A stretch of 64,000 nt of DNA from Octopus vulgaris (GCA_951406725.2 OX597831.1:65844001-65908000); one strand, 5' to 3'. Numbered from the stretch's first letter, positions 1 to 12,427 are shown. Numbers and translations are program-made. Notes: generated by a model from the letters alone, not told the origin.

Positions 1-180
1 CTTGACAACTGATGCTGGTTTACGTCCCTGTCACTTAGCGGTTCGGCAAAAGAGACCAATAGAATAAGTACTGGGCTTACAAAGAATAAGTCCCGGGGTC
101 GATTTGCTCGACTAAAAGGCAGTGCTCCAGCATGGCCGCAGTCAAATGACTGAAACAAGTAAAAGAGTAAAAAGAGAGAG
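1..180 (+). mobile_element. tRNA-derived SINE family A, 3' half (cut by window edge)
   Basis: Matches the 3' part of the other family-A copies, ending GACTGAAACAAGTAAAAGAGTAAAAAGAG. Confidence 0.9.
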
Positions 181-182
181 TA

Positions 183-874
183 GACCAGTCAAGTCTCTCA
201 AATATTGGTATCAATATTGGTGTTGTAAATACATTGTGGAATATTGTCTTGTTGTAAGAAGAGAGTTCTGACTGCAAATTTTTTCTAAGTCTGGTGTAGT
301 AGTCTCACATCACTCTATCTGTATTCACCTTCATACAATATATTTTTATCAACAGGAGAGATGGAGAAACCATTGATGCACAAATTTTGGGTTTGGGATA
401 CTGATTTTCTACAGTCAGCAATCAAATACAAGCTCACTTCTTTTGGCCAAATTCCATTCCCGTGTTTGCTGAAAATGTTGTTATTAACTCCTGCTGTTTT
501 TTGGCATTGTTAACATTTTCAGTATAGCTCCTCACATCATCCATGAAGAAATTAGGAGTTACACTGGTATCTCTAGCAGTTTCAGATCCTAGCATATAGC
601 CATTGGATTTTTGTAACTCTTTACTCTTTTACTCTTTTACTTGTTTCAGTCATGTGGCTGTGGCCATGCTGGAGCACCGCCTTCAGTCGATCAAATCGAC
701 CCCAGGACTTATTCTTTGTAAGCCTAGTACTTATTTTATCAGTCTCTTTTTTTTGGCCAAACCGGTAAGTTACGGGGACGTAAACACACCAGCATCGGTT
801 GTCAAGCGATGTTGGGGGGACAAACACAGACACACAAACATATACACACAAACATATACACACACATACATATA

Positions 875-917
<43 letters not shown>

Positions 918-928
918 ATATATATATG

Positions 929-960
<32 letters not shown>

Positions 961-1780
961 CGACGGGCTTCTTTCAGTATCCGTCTACCAAATCCACTCA
1001 CAAGGCTTTGGTCGGCTCGAGGCTATAGTAGAAGACACTTACCCAAGGTGCCATGCAGTGGGACTGAACCTGGAACCATGTGGTTCGTAAGCAAGCTACT
1101 CACCACACATAATTGATTTAATTTCAAAATAAACAGAAATACAGAAAGACTATACCTTTGGAATATTCCCTTTGAAATTTATATCACATCAGAGACGATC
1201 TTTATACTCTCAGATCTTTTTGAACCTCTGTATGGTAGCATTTACGGTAGTAAGTACTTTTGCTAAGTGAAAAAACTTCAGCAACCCTGAGTGGAATAGT
1301 CAAATGCTTTCCTCAAATTGAACTTATACTGTCACAATGTTTTTGTTGCATTTTCTTATTTTGGACAGCACAGCTTTGGTTATCAAAAGTTTTTTGGCAC
1401 ACCTCCACACTGCTTTCCTTCCACCTGCTTGCTCTTCAGTCACCATGTTGTTGGATTCATGATGATCCTGGAGGGATTGGTTGAGACAGCTGTGCAAGAC
1501 TTGTACAAAATGTTTAGGCAGGCAATAGGCCTATATTTTTCTGACAACGTAGCAGTTTCATTCTTAGCTACAAGATTCGTCTGTGCTAAAGCAAGCCAAT
1601 TTGGTATGGCAATTTGGCCTTCCATAGTTGTTTTGAATATACATATTAAAGGCTTTCTTTAGAAAGTCGATCTTCTATACCAGTATCCAACATTTACATC
1701 TTTTCCAAGTGCCTTTCAATTATGCAGTTTACCAACAGCTATGGTGGATGTTGGTACAGTATTATTTCCCGGCTATATTT
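183..1780 (-). mobile_element. Degenerate R4/Dong-like non-LTR retrotransposon RT fragment, interrupted by a SINE
   Basis: Translations IPNWLALAQTNLVAK...KYRPIACLNILYK, NFFMDDVRSY...FSANTGMEFGQKK, SELSSYNKTIFHNVFTTPIL resemble R4-clade RT motifs; stops and frameshifts present. Confidence 0.7.
617..1109 (-). mobile_element. SINE family A, near full length, internal (TA)n
   Basis: tRNA-like head (TGTGTGGTGAGTAG...GGTTCAGTCCC), CCTTGGGTAAGTG core, tail repeat. Confidence 0.92.
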
Positions 1781-1789
1781 AGCCATGAT

Positions 1790-1959
1790 GCACACACACA
1801 CACACACACACTCACACACACTTACACGCTCACACACATACACTCACACACTCACACACACACTTACACACACACAGACACACACACTCACTCACTCACA
1901 CACACCTACACTCACACTCACAGACACACACACTCACACATACACACTCATACACACAG

Positions 1960-1986
<27 letters not shown>
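1790..1986. repeat. Imperfect (CA)n microsatellite
   Basis: Seen directly. Confidence 0.95.
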
Positions 1987-1990
<4 letters not shown>

Positions 1991-2271
1991 ACAGATGTAA
2001 ATTAACAAATATATCAGAAATAGTGAGATTCTTTTCCGTATCCATCATATGAATAGGCCCTGAAAACGACAACGATGATGATAATGACAGTGATGACACT
2101 AATGATGATGATGAGGAGGAGGAGGGTGGGAAGGGAAGGTGGAGAAGGATGAATTTAGAAATTATCTTTTTTTTATTCATTTCGTCATGCAAATGCTTTT
2201 GTTTACTCAGTTCATTCTAAGCCTTGTTCAACAATGTTTAACTTATCTCATTGTTACATTGAGTATAAGGT

Positions 2272-2752
2272 ACTTAATTGTACTTGTGGCGATATTCACC
2301 CTGGGCGGGTTGAGTCGGCTTCTTCTACCACCCTCGAGGCATCTCGAACCATGGCAGCCCACGCACGACGGTCCTGCGTCAGTTCACTGGAGATAGTGAG
2401 CCAGTCACAGTCCCATCAGCACAGGCCAAGCACCTGCGGTCCAGTGAGCACGGCGAGGTCCTCCTTGATCGTCATAACCCAGGTCTTCAGCTGCCCGCCC
2501 ACACGTTTCCGCCAGTTGGGAAGTGGAGTTGGGAGAAGGACATCATGGCTCAGTTCACCCACCGGACGCCTACATGCATGGCCAAACCACCGCAAGCGCC
2601 GTTGCTGAAGGACAGACGGAAGGGGCCGCAGAGACAGGTGAAGTCGGAGATTGGTGGTGGGAACTCGATCCACCCGATGACAACGAAGAATGCACCGGAG
2701 GCAATCATTGTTGAAGACTTCCAGCCTTCGTTGATCGACCACCCGCATAGGC
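2272..2752 (-). mobile_element. 5'-truncated RTE LINE 3' end with 15-bp TSD
   Basis: RRLRWFGHACRR...GGQLKTW RTE C-terminal motif; TSD cattgagtataaggt at 2257-2271 and 2753-2767. Confidence 0.9.
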
Positions 2753-2761
2753 CATTGAGTA

Positions 2762-3957
2762 TAAGGTGGTAACAAAAAGCTCCCAGACTAGTTCTGTAGC
2801 ATGCCAACAGATGGGAGCACATGGTTACGTGCACAGTGTGCCAAATGACATTGCTGTGTTTATTTCACAAGTTGTGAAATTTGTGTTTTGTGATCATGTG
2901 TATGCTATGGTCTGCGATTTTGTCATGGGCAGGAAATCGGAATAAAGAACCAACAAGAAATTTTGCCTTAAACTTGGGAAGTCTGCGGCAGCAACATTGA
3001 GCATGCTTCAGCAAACTTGAAACAATGAGGCAAAGGGTCATACACCATGTTTTGAGTTGTATGTGTGCTTCAAAAGAGGAAGAACATTCCTAGAAGATGA
3101 TGAGCAATCTGGAACACCATTTGCCATGAGCATTCCGCCCCCCCCCCCATCCCTCGAAATATGGAGAAAGTTCTTCAGCTTGTGTATGAGGATTGTTGAA
3201 GGTCAATGAATAACATTTTGAAGCATTTTGAAGCATTTGAGGAAGGACATTTGGAAAAAGTGACTGGTGGAAGCACATGGCCTAGTGGTTAGAGCAGCAG
3301 ACTCGCGGTCGAGGGATCACGGGTTCGAATCTCAGACCAGGCGATGTGTGCGTTTATGAGCGAAGCACCTAAGCTCCACACGGCTCTGGCAGAAGGGAAT
3401 GGTGAACTTCTGCTGACTCTTTCGTGACAACTTTCTCCCACTCTTTCCTCCTGCATCTTGCAGCTCACCTGCGACAGACCAGCGTCCTGTCCAGGTGGGG
3501 AACCTATACGCCAAGAAACCAGGAAACCGGCCCTTATGAGCCAGGCATGGCTCGAGAAGGAACAAACAAAAGTGACTGGATCTGTGGAGTGCAAAGAACT
3601 GGATTCTTCACAACAACAATACACCCTGTCATGGAGCTCTCCTCACTTGTGAATTGCTTGATACAACATTGTATCCCTTTCACATACTCCTTATTTACCA
3701 AATTTAGCACCTGCAGACTTCCATCTCTTCCCCAAAATGAAAATCCTGCTCAAAGATTGTCATTTTAACACCACTGTTTTGAGATCAAGGGCAAATTGCA
3801 GAAGGTCCTCGACTCACTTCCAGACCGGATTCCAATATTGGGATTGGTGTATTGCTGTGCAAGGTGACTATTTTGAAGAAGATGATGTTAAGACTTTGGT
3901 AAATAAGTTATTTTTTATTAAATATAAATAGTCCTGGAACTTTTTGATACCACCTCG
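2762..3957 (+). mobile_element. Internally deleted mariner transposon with TA TSD and ~29-bp TIRs
   Basis: TIRs TA|taaggtggtaacaaaaagctcccagacta and tagtcctggaactttttgataccacctcg|TA; transposase relics FCLKLGKSAAAT, FKRGRTFLEDDEQSG, HTPYLPNLAPADFHLFPKMK, CIAVQGDYFE. Confidence 0.88.
3267..3567 (+). mobile_element. tRNA-derived SINE family B (V-domain-like motif) nested in mariner
   Basis: A box TGGCCTAGTGG, B box GGTTCGAATC; TSD aaaagtgactg at 3256-3266 and 3568-3578. Confidence 0.92.
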
Positions 3958-4125
3958 TATGTTAGCTCCTTACTTCACTATTTACTAGTAAATAACCTTT
4001 CTCAAAATAAATAATAAATAGTAAATAAATAAATAAAAATTTGAAAATATTGAAATGAAAGCAGTGAAATGATACTATGTTAAGTTTAGTTTTAACATAT
4101 CACAATGATTTCCATTGTGTTATGT

Positions 4126-4156
<31 letters not shown>

Positions 4157-4432
4157 TTTGTCATGATTAGCCACAGGTGATTGAACAAGTTTCTACCTCT
4201 GTTAAAGGAGCTATTCAAAGTGATGTCATCATTGAACAAGATAACATATAGATTTGTGAAACAGCTCTGTCTGCTCATAACTAGCTGTTAGGTATCAATA
4301 ATTCCTCACATGTCTTTCAGTAGGCCTTTTATACTTTTATTTGTAAAGTGTATTTTAAAAACGTTATTCATGATATTGTTTTCTCAAGCGCAGAAAAAAG
4401 ATAATCAGTGTCTGAGCATATAATCTTTCATA

Positions 4433-4476
4433 TTACAATGTTTGCTGCATGGTAATGTATAGTAACTGTGTTAAAC
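4433..4476 (-). CDS. Putative terminal coding exon: (G)LTQLLYITMQQTL*
   Basis: Minus strand ctcttttgcag|GTTTAACA...TTG TAA; phase matches the 8550 donor; AATAAA about 95 nt downstream (~4336-4341). Confidence 0.6.
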
Positions 4477-4561
4477 CTGCAAAAGAGTGACAGAGAATAA
4501 TAAAACTGTTAGAGAGAAGATTTTTAGTAGGAAACCAAAAAAAAAAAAAAATATATATATA

Positions 4562-4966
4562 AGACGCAGGAGTGGCTGTGTGGTAAGTAGCTTGCTAACC
4601 AACCACATGGTTCCGGGTTCAGTCCCACTGCGTGGCATCTTGGGCAAGTGTCTTCTACTATGGCCCCGGGCCGACCAATGCCTTGTGAGTGGATTTGGTA
4701 GATGGAAACTGAAAGAAGCCTGTCGTATATATGTATATATATATATATATATATGTGTTTGTGTGTCTGTGTTTGTCCCCCTAGCATTGCTTGACAACCG
4801 ATGCTAGTGTGTTTACGTCCCAGTCACTTAGCGGTTCGGCAAAAGAGACCGATAGAATAAGTACTGGGCTTACAAAGAATAAGTCCCGGGGTCGATTTGC
4901 TCGACTAAAGGCGGTGCTCCAGCATGGCCACAGTCAAATGACTGAAACAAGTAAAAGAGTAAAGAG
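4562..4966 (+). mobile_element. SINE family A, full length
   Basis: High similarity to the other copies. Confidence 0.93.
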
Positions 4967-5615
4967 TTTGTCTGCAAGTTTTTAAGGAATATAGAATATA
5001 ATAATAATAGACACATCGTGTAATGTAGGAAAACTGCATGTTAGTTAGATATTGAATTATGAATTTTGTTTCACAAAGGTGCATATGTCAATAATTTGTT
5101 AAATTTCTCGAACACACATTTCTTTCATGTTGCAAACTACAACATGATACTACATTATACTATGTGATTCTACATGCGACTATATTGTACTACATGTGAC
5201 TGTGTGATATTGCATGCTACTACATGGCATATTGTGAAACTATGTGATGGATAATACTACAAGACATTATATGATATAAAAAAATGCAACATAATACTAC
5301 ATGGCACTACAAGTACTGACAAGGAAGCCTCTACCTGCTAGAAATAGCAGCTAACTCTCCCAGAAATTGCAACCTCATATCTTAGAAAATGATACATCAA
5401 ACAAAATGGTCTTAGGTTCCCTATATATAAGAAAAACATGGGAAGATTGCAGTTGGAAAGCCTTTTAATACTGGACTGTTTGATTAGGGCTGACAAGAAA
5501 CTATCACAACATATTATATAATACTAGTTGATACTATATAATATCACATGATACTACATGGTATAACATAACAGGCAGCAGTTAGTGTATCAGAAGAATG
5601 GTTACAATTTCTCTC

Positions 5616-5653
<38 letters not shown>

Positions 5654-6339
5654 CCTCAGAAATTGTGCACTAATAATAAACACCAACATAAATGAATTCA
5701 CTCCTTATGGTAATTTATTGCTAAAATATTGACTGGATGTTGTTCTGCAAAGAGGTTGAGTGAATTTATATCCTAAGCTATAACTTAAAAAAAGAAAATG
5801 ACTTGCTCATCTCAGCAATAATTAAATATATTAAAGCAGTTCTTCTAAATATAATAATAATTCTACTAAACAAGATAATTGAAGATAAGTAATTTATCTC
5901 TTCTGTCACATTCATTAAGGCACCAGACAAAATGACTCATAGAATTTAATTACAGCCCTGGGATTGATGAAAAAAATACCAAGCAGCTTAAATTTGCATT
6001 ATAAGATATAAACAGTAACAGTTTAAAAATGAAAGTAGAAGGGTTGTAATCTTTATCTAACAGAGAACTCTAATAACTAATATTTGAGATGTCCTTCAGT
6101 TTAAAAGTGAAATATTCTTGTTATTTTGGCTGGCAAAGAACAGTAGAAATATATTGCAGAATCATGTTTCTCTACATTTTGTGTTCAAGTACTTTACCCA
6201 TCCTCATCCTTTGGTTGATAAAACCAGTGAAGTATTGGTTGATATAATTGACAATTGCCATCTTCACAATTGGAACTCATTTGAGTAATAAATTGAGTGA
6301 GTATATTTTAATCAGAAATACAAAATACAAAATGACCGT

Positions 6340-6648
6340 TGTTGTTGTTTATTCCTTCTCAAGCCGTGCCTGGCTCATAAGGGCCGGTTTCCCAGTTTCT
6401 TGGCGTATAGGTTCCCCACCTGGACAGGACGCCAGTCCGTCACAGGTAAGCTGCAAGATGCAGGAGGAAAGAGTGAGAGAAAGTTGTGGCGAAAGAGTCA
6501 GCAGAAGTTTCGCCATTACCTTCTGCCAGAGCCGTGTGGAGCTTAGGTATTCCGCTCATAAACACACACATCACCCGGTCTGAGATTCGAACCTGCAATC
6601 CCTCGACCGCGAGTCCGCTGCTCTAACCACTAGGCCATGTGCCTCCAC
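6340..6648 (-). mobile_element. SINE family B
   Basis: Reverse complement of the 3267 copy; TSD-like caaa(a/c)tgaccgt. Confidence 0.92.
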
Positions 6649-6940
6649 TCAAACTGACCGTAAACTTAGAGATTCTTGTTACTGTCATTACCTTTATCTA
6701 CAATTCAGAAGTGAACTGGAAAGTGAACCTCTGGCATCGTATCACTCAGTGATAATATTTTCTGTCTTCTTCCATAATGTTCAAGGTGTCTCCTATGTTG
6801 ACAGTGTTTCAAATTAATGAATGTAAATTATGCAGCTTTCTCTAAACATCCAACAATAGGATGAAGGAAAAAGCTAGGCAATATTCAAGGTTCAAGGATG
6901 AAATGAATTTCATCCTCATCAGGGCCATCTTCAAAGATAT

Positions 6941-7154
6941 ACTCTTTTACTCTTTTACTTGTTTCAGTCATTTGACTGTGGCCATGCTGGAGCACCACCT
7001 TTAGTCGAGCAAATCGACCCCGGGACTTATCCTTTGTAAGCCTAGTACTCATTCTATCGGGTCCTTTTGCCGAACTGCTTAGTGACAGGGACATAAACAC
7101 ACCAGTATCGGTTGTCAAGCAATGCTAGGGAGACAAACATAGACACACAAACAT

Positions 7155-7207
<53 letters not shown>

Positions 7208-7398
7208 CACGACAGGCTTCTTTCAGCCTCCGTCCACCAAATCCACCCACAAGGCAATGGTCGGCCCGAGGCCATAGCAGAAGACACCTGCCCAAGGTGC
7301 CACGCAGTGGAACTGAACCTGGAACCATGTGGCCCACAAGCAAGCTACCCACGACACAGCCACCCCTGTGCCTATATACAGCCACCCCTGTGCCTATA
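6941..7398 (-). mobile_element. SINE family A with A>G-rich 5' half and a duplicated 5' end
   Basis: Family-A structure; many T>C differences on the + strand; cagccacccctgtgcctata repeated at 7357 and 7379. Confidence 0.9.
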
Positions 7399-8136
7399 TC
7401 TTTACAAATGAATGAGGCAGGGCATTCTACATAGCCACTGAGCCAATGAAGTCTATTCAATAGAGGCTGACTTAGAACTAAACAATAACAACAACAACCT
7501 CAGTAGCAGCATCACCTTTTACACCTTAAAAACGGATGAACAGTATTACCCTTGTTTCTACTACTATTACCAATAGTATCTCATCCTACAAACAAAGGTT
7601 AGGGAATAGAATTAAAATGTAAATATCAATATTACAGCAGTGCCTATCAAAATGAACTGAATGATATTGTGATATTAAATGCACAGCTATGTGGTTGTTG
7701 ACAACAGATTGTTATTTAAAACAATTCTATGCAGATATTCAGAGATAGTGAACCAACTTGATAGATAGAATGAAGCTGGAAAATACATAATCTCTGCTAG
7801 TTGTATCTGCCGCAAAGCTGCAAAATAAAGTGTTAAAATGCTAAATATGATGCTAAAGAAACATTTGAATTATTGATTATCAGTTGAGAAATAAATTGAC
7901 TGAATATTTTCAACCAGAAATGTTTACAGGATCCAAACTGACCGTAAATGTCAAGTAGCAACAATCTAAAGTGCATCAACACCTTACAAATGGTGACACA
8001 CGCGGGGCATTTAAGTTTTTGAGGAGCCAAAAGGATATAAATAATATTTATTCAATACAAAAGTTGGAATAAGATTCAGAGTGTTATAGGAAAAATAAAA
8101 TGTTTTTGTAAACAGCAGAAGATATTTCTCTTTAGC

Positions 8137-8467
8137 ATGTGTATGTATGTATGTATGTGTGTGTGTATGTGTTTATGTATGTATGTGTGTGTGTGTGTGT
8201 GTATGTATGATATGTATGTATGTATAGATATGTATGTATGTATGTGCATATGTGTGTATGTATGTATGTGCATATGTATGTGTGTATGTATGTGTGTGTA
8301 TGTATGTATGTATGTATGTATGTGTGTATATATGTATGTATGTGTGTGTGCGTGTATGTATATATGTATGTATGCGTGTATGTATGTATGTATGTATGTT
8401 GTGTGCATGTATGTGTGTATGTATGCATGTGTGTATATACGTATGTATGTATGTGTGTATGTATGTA

Positions 8468-8517
<50 letters not shown>

Positions 8518-8520
8518 CAT
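8137..8520. repeat. Compound (TGTA)n/(TG)n microsatellite
   Basis: Seen directly. Confidence 0.95.
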
Positions 8521-8549
8521 GCATACAAAATACACACATACATACTTAC

Positions 8550-8648
8550 CTTGTCTGGAGAAAGGGACAGTGCCCATGGCTTTGCAAGCCTCCAAGACCA
8601 GTGATGTTGATGGTATTAATGTTACTCTTGAATCTTTGGAGTTAATTT
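8550..8648 (-). CDS. Putative host-gene exon (99 bp, phase 1-1): EINSKDSRVTLIPSTSLVLEACKAMGTVPFSRQ
   Basis: Minus strand tgtcttatag|AAATTAAC...AGACAAG|gtaagt (consensus donor), open frame. Confidence 0.7.
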
Positions 8649-8679
8649 CTATAAGACATAATTTAAACCCATACTAACA

Positions 8680-9290
8680 TAACTGGAACCTTCCATCTGT
8701 TATGACAACAAGGGTTCCAGTTGATCCGTTCAACAGAACAGCCTGCTCACGAAATTAACGTGCAAGTGGCTGAGTACTCCATAGACACGTGTGCCCTTAA
8801 TGTAGTTCTCAAGGAGATTTAATGTTACTCAGAATGTGACAAGGCCAGCCCTTTGAAATACATGTACAACTCAATTTTGCCAGCTGAGTAGACTTTGTTC
8901 CTTCTCGAGCCATGCCTGGCTCATAAGGGCTGGTTTCCCGGTTTCCTTGGCATATAGGTTCCCCACCTGGATGAGACGCCGTTCCATCGCTGGTGAGCTG
9001 CAAGATGCAGGAGGAAAGAGTGAGAGAATGTTGTTGTGAAAAGTCAGCAGAAGTTGACCATTACCTTCTGCCGGAGCCATGTGAAGCTTAGGTGTTTCGC
9101 TCATAAACACACATATCACCCAGTCTGAGATTCAAACCCACAATCCCTGAACCACGAGTCTGCTGCTCTAACCACTGGGCCATGTGCCTCCACAGCTGAG
9201 TGGACTGGAGTAATGTGACACAATACTCTGCCAAGAATTGAACTCATGACCTTACAATCGTAATCCGAGTAACCTATCCACGAAGCCATA
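8680..9290 (-). mobile_element. Older SINE family C (Deu/Nin-like core) hosting a nested family-B copy
   Basis: Core tgcaagtggctgagtactcc...gtgacaaggccagccctttgaaat shared with the 44514 element; degenerate tRNA head near 9230-9290. Confidence 0.65.
8895..9193 (-). mobile_element. SINE family B nested in family C
   Basis: TSD agctgagt(a/g)gact at 8882-8894 and 9194-9206. Confidence 0.9.
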
Positions 9291-10058
9291 TGCTTTCTAT
9301 GTACATACTAACACATGTGCATTTGAATACACATACATATATATACATATATACACACATAGATACATTCAATTCTCCATATGTGCATGTGTGTGTATAA
9401 TTAAAATCAGATATGTCCAAGTATATCTTTGTTAAAAATTTTATTAATTTGAATATGTATATTAGCACACACACACACATGTATTAACACCATATTTCCT
9501 AGTTTCAGCAAGATTTCCAAATACCTTTTGTTTTCTGGAGGAAGCTGTTGTTGGTGTCATTTGTTACTACTGTTTACAACTGGCAGAAATCATAGAAATG
9601 ATGTTCTATTGATGTCTTATCAACGCATAACAGATTCTTTCACCGTTTATATCAGATTACTGTTAACAAAACAGCAAAGAGTCTACTCATATCTTCAAAT
9701 ATTCATTTGAGTTAGTGGACTATGACAATGTTTGCGTTTTGTGTCAGTCTCCAAGAGTTTTCTATTGGTACCAGTAGTCAACCTGCTATTTGTTTTACCG
9801 ATTTCTAATCTGAACAGCTAAGTTCACCTGAGTTATGTCCCTTTAGCAAGTTACCTTACTTTATGGACTTAAATATCAATTGCTGTTTTACACTGGTATA
9901 CAGATACATGCTTGCACACACACACACACATACACACACACACACATACACACACACACATGAATGTATATATGATAGCTGAGTTTTGTAAGCATCTGAA
10001 GAAATCTCATTCCTCACTATTTCAACCACCTGATATCTTCCGCTTCCTTTTTGTCTAT

Positions 10059-10116
<58 letters not shown>

Positions 10117-10120
<4 letters not shown>

Positions 10121-10303
10121 TGCCATGATAGATGGTTAGCCACTACACACAATTTTTCTCTCCTTGTTTTTTCTGTGTCCCTTTCTGTAGAAGAGCATAG
10201 GCTCGAAACATAAAAGACTTTTTCTATTCCTGAGCGTTGTACTAATACATCTGTTTGTTTTGTACACCACCTGTCTTCGTCTTTTGTTTTTTTCGTAAAC
10301 TCT

Positions 10304-10306
<3 letters not shown>
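10117..10306 (+). mobile_element. ~190-bp PLE-LTR-like element in (TA)n with a hammerhead-like motif (family H1)
   Basis: Near-identical inverted copies at 15856 and 16506; cttt-CTGTAGAA-GAGC-atag-GCTC-GAAAC-ATA-aaag. Confidence 0.65.
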
Positions 10307-10342
<36 letters not shown>

Positions 10343-10632
10343 CAGGAGATCATATATCTGAAAAAGAAGCACACTCTAAAGGATAGAGCAGTAATGTATT
10401 TATATGCAGGTAAATATATGTCTAGCCATAGAGTGACCAATAGTTTTGCTTCCATAAAAGGCTTAGCCTCATGTACAACTTGTAGATGCGAAACTGCTGG
10501 TCATCCTATTACTGGACATGTACTTAACTGCATAAATGTATATATATATGTATATATACATATATTAAATAAAATGAGACAACAAAGCCAAGGCAGTGTG
10601 AAATTTTTAGGACATTTATAAAGAGAAAGTTA

Positions 10633-10680
10633 GTCTTACAGCTTTTTCAGGTATATGAAGGATATGCCATCATCAGAGAC
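10633..10680 (-). ncRNA. Candidate minimal type-I hammerhead ribozyme (slightly degenerate)
   Basis: gtct-CTGATGA-T-ggcatat-ccttc-atatacc-t-GAAA-aagct-GTA-agac: stem I gtct/agac, stem II hairpin, near-palindromic stem III. Confidence 0.65.
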
Positions 10681-11039
10681 GATATGAGAGAGTTAAATAG
10701 ATAGAAGGGATAAGTAGTAGAAGTATCAACAATCTCACTTCTCACTAAAACAAAACAAACAACATGATGTACAGAACATGACTTTATGTAAGCAATAACC
10801 AGTCAGTCCTCAGCCCTTTAACTATCACACATACATTCATAATCATCCAGCAGTGATTAACTTTAATTTGCATGCATATAAACACACCAAAATCTCTCTA
10901 CACATTAACACTGCTTTATATAGCAAGCTATTTCTCATTAACACTTACCTTAGGAACATGACACATTACAAATATTCAAAATCAAATTAGCTTTCAGGAC
11001 ATTAGCAAGTGTAAATTCTATTTGCATGCATGTATATGC

Positions 11040-11176
11040 ATACACACATCCAAACACACTCATGTACACACACACGCACACACACACACACACATGCACA
11101 CACACACACACACACATGCACACACACACACACATGCACACATACACACACACATGCACACACACACACACACACA
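11040..11176. repeat. (CA)n/(CACATG) microsatellite
   Basis: Seen directly. Confidence 0.9.
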
Positions 11177-11474
11177 GCATGCACATATGTATATGACATC
11201 CATATTGTTTAACATCATCGTTCTCTATTGCTGTCCAAAACTTGATTTGTCTTTCATATCAATGTTGCTTCCATGAATGTTTCTCTTGCATTACTCCCAA
11301 CACTACTGTTTTTCAGTTTCAAAATGTCCATTTTTTAAAAATTCTAGAAAACACTAACTGTCTTTAGCAAATAATACAAGAGAAGAACACAAACACCTAA
11401 ACAAAATAACCACTATCTTCATATGCTATATGCTATTCCATTTTACCACCAAAAATAATTAAAAGGTCAATTTA

Positions 11475-11841
11475 CTTACTTGTACTTGTGGTGACATTCA
11501 CCCTGGGTGGGTTGAGTTGGCTTCTTCCTTGGAAGAAGTTTTGTGGGAATATGTGGATTTCACAAACAGTCCCCAACAATCCCGCATGTAGAGACATCCT
11601 GTTTGCCGCAGATTGTCCGCAAACGCAGGGACAGAACGACCGAGGAGCCGCCGGTTGCCGAAACAGACACTCCAAGGATTTTCACCAGAGCCATATCTGC
11701 CAGGTTGTGGCCCTAATACCATTCAGTATCAGACCAAACCACCTTGGGTGGCCCTACCAGGAATCGAAGTTCCCGACGGCATAGCTCTGACACTACTCGT
11801 TGCCAGCGTCCCCGCAATGGTGAGGAGGGGATGGACTTTGG
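11475..11841 (-). mobile_element. Non-autonomous bipartite RTE derivative (5'UTR-like head fused to RTE 3' tail)
   Basis: Tail gaagaagccaactcaacccacccagggtgaatgtcaccacaagtacaag shared with the RTE at 2272; head agagctatgccgtcgggaac...ctggtagggccaccc resembles RTE 5'UTRs; TSD ggtcaattta at 11465 and 11842. Confidence 0.7.
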
Positions 11842-11904
11842 GGTCAATTTAAGAAAGTATCATTTGTCAACTTAGACAAGGAACTCCAACAACTGGATGG
11901 CTGT

Positions 11905-12427
11905 ATTATTATTTATTATTATTGTTCGACCGTGGTTGAGAAAATGGAATTTACCATGCTATGCCAGACTTCACTGTCCATCATGGCATTACGGAGGTCC
12001 TGTTGCTGGATGCCTGTATCCCTGGAGATTACATCAGGGTAGGAGAGTGTGCGCCCTCTGGTATTGCGAGTAGATGGCTTCCAGAGGAGAAGAGTAGAAA
12101 TTACTTCTTTTTCAGCTCTACAACAATGTCCAGCAAACTGGACTCTCCTACCTTTCACAAGAGATGACACAGGTGGTAGTTTCCCATATATTTGCATTTT
12201 GGTTGGATGGCACTTCCACGAGAGATTTTGAGCTCTCATAAGGAGGCGAGTGTAGGTTCCATCCAACCGCCTCTCAAGCTTCTTTGATAACGTCCAGGTT
12301 TCTGAGCCATCTAGTAGAATTGGTTCAACTGTGGCTTTGAAGATTTCAAGTTTGAAGTCTCTACTTAGATTTGATGACCAGATCTTATGCAAGTCATTAC
12401 AGGCTGACCAGGCCATACCCTTTCTAG
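11905..12427 (-). mobile_element. 5'-truncated RTE LINE (second family), C-terminal ORF 11919-12416
   Basis: FKATVEPILLDGSETWTL...RRVQFAGHCCR; (TAA)n tail. Confidence 0.9.

Noticed and set aside
603-1116. Overlapping ORFs rich in YI/HT/CV repeats (also 1709-2192, 8076-8677, 16329-16995, 17777-18544, 23214-23597)
   Set aside because: Translations of SINEs and dinucleotide microsatellites, which lack stop codons; not genes
3267-3340. tRNA-like sequences with A and B boxes
   Set aside because: Heads of SINEs with TSDs and tails, not tRNA genes
4178-4250. Plus-strand exon-like VIEQVSTSVKGAIQSDVIIEQDNI*
   Set aside because: No supporting upstream exon found; cannot distinguish from chance
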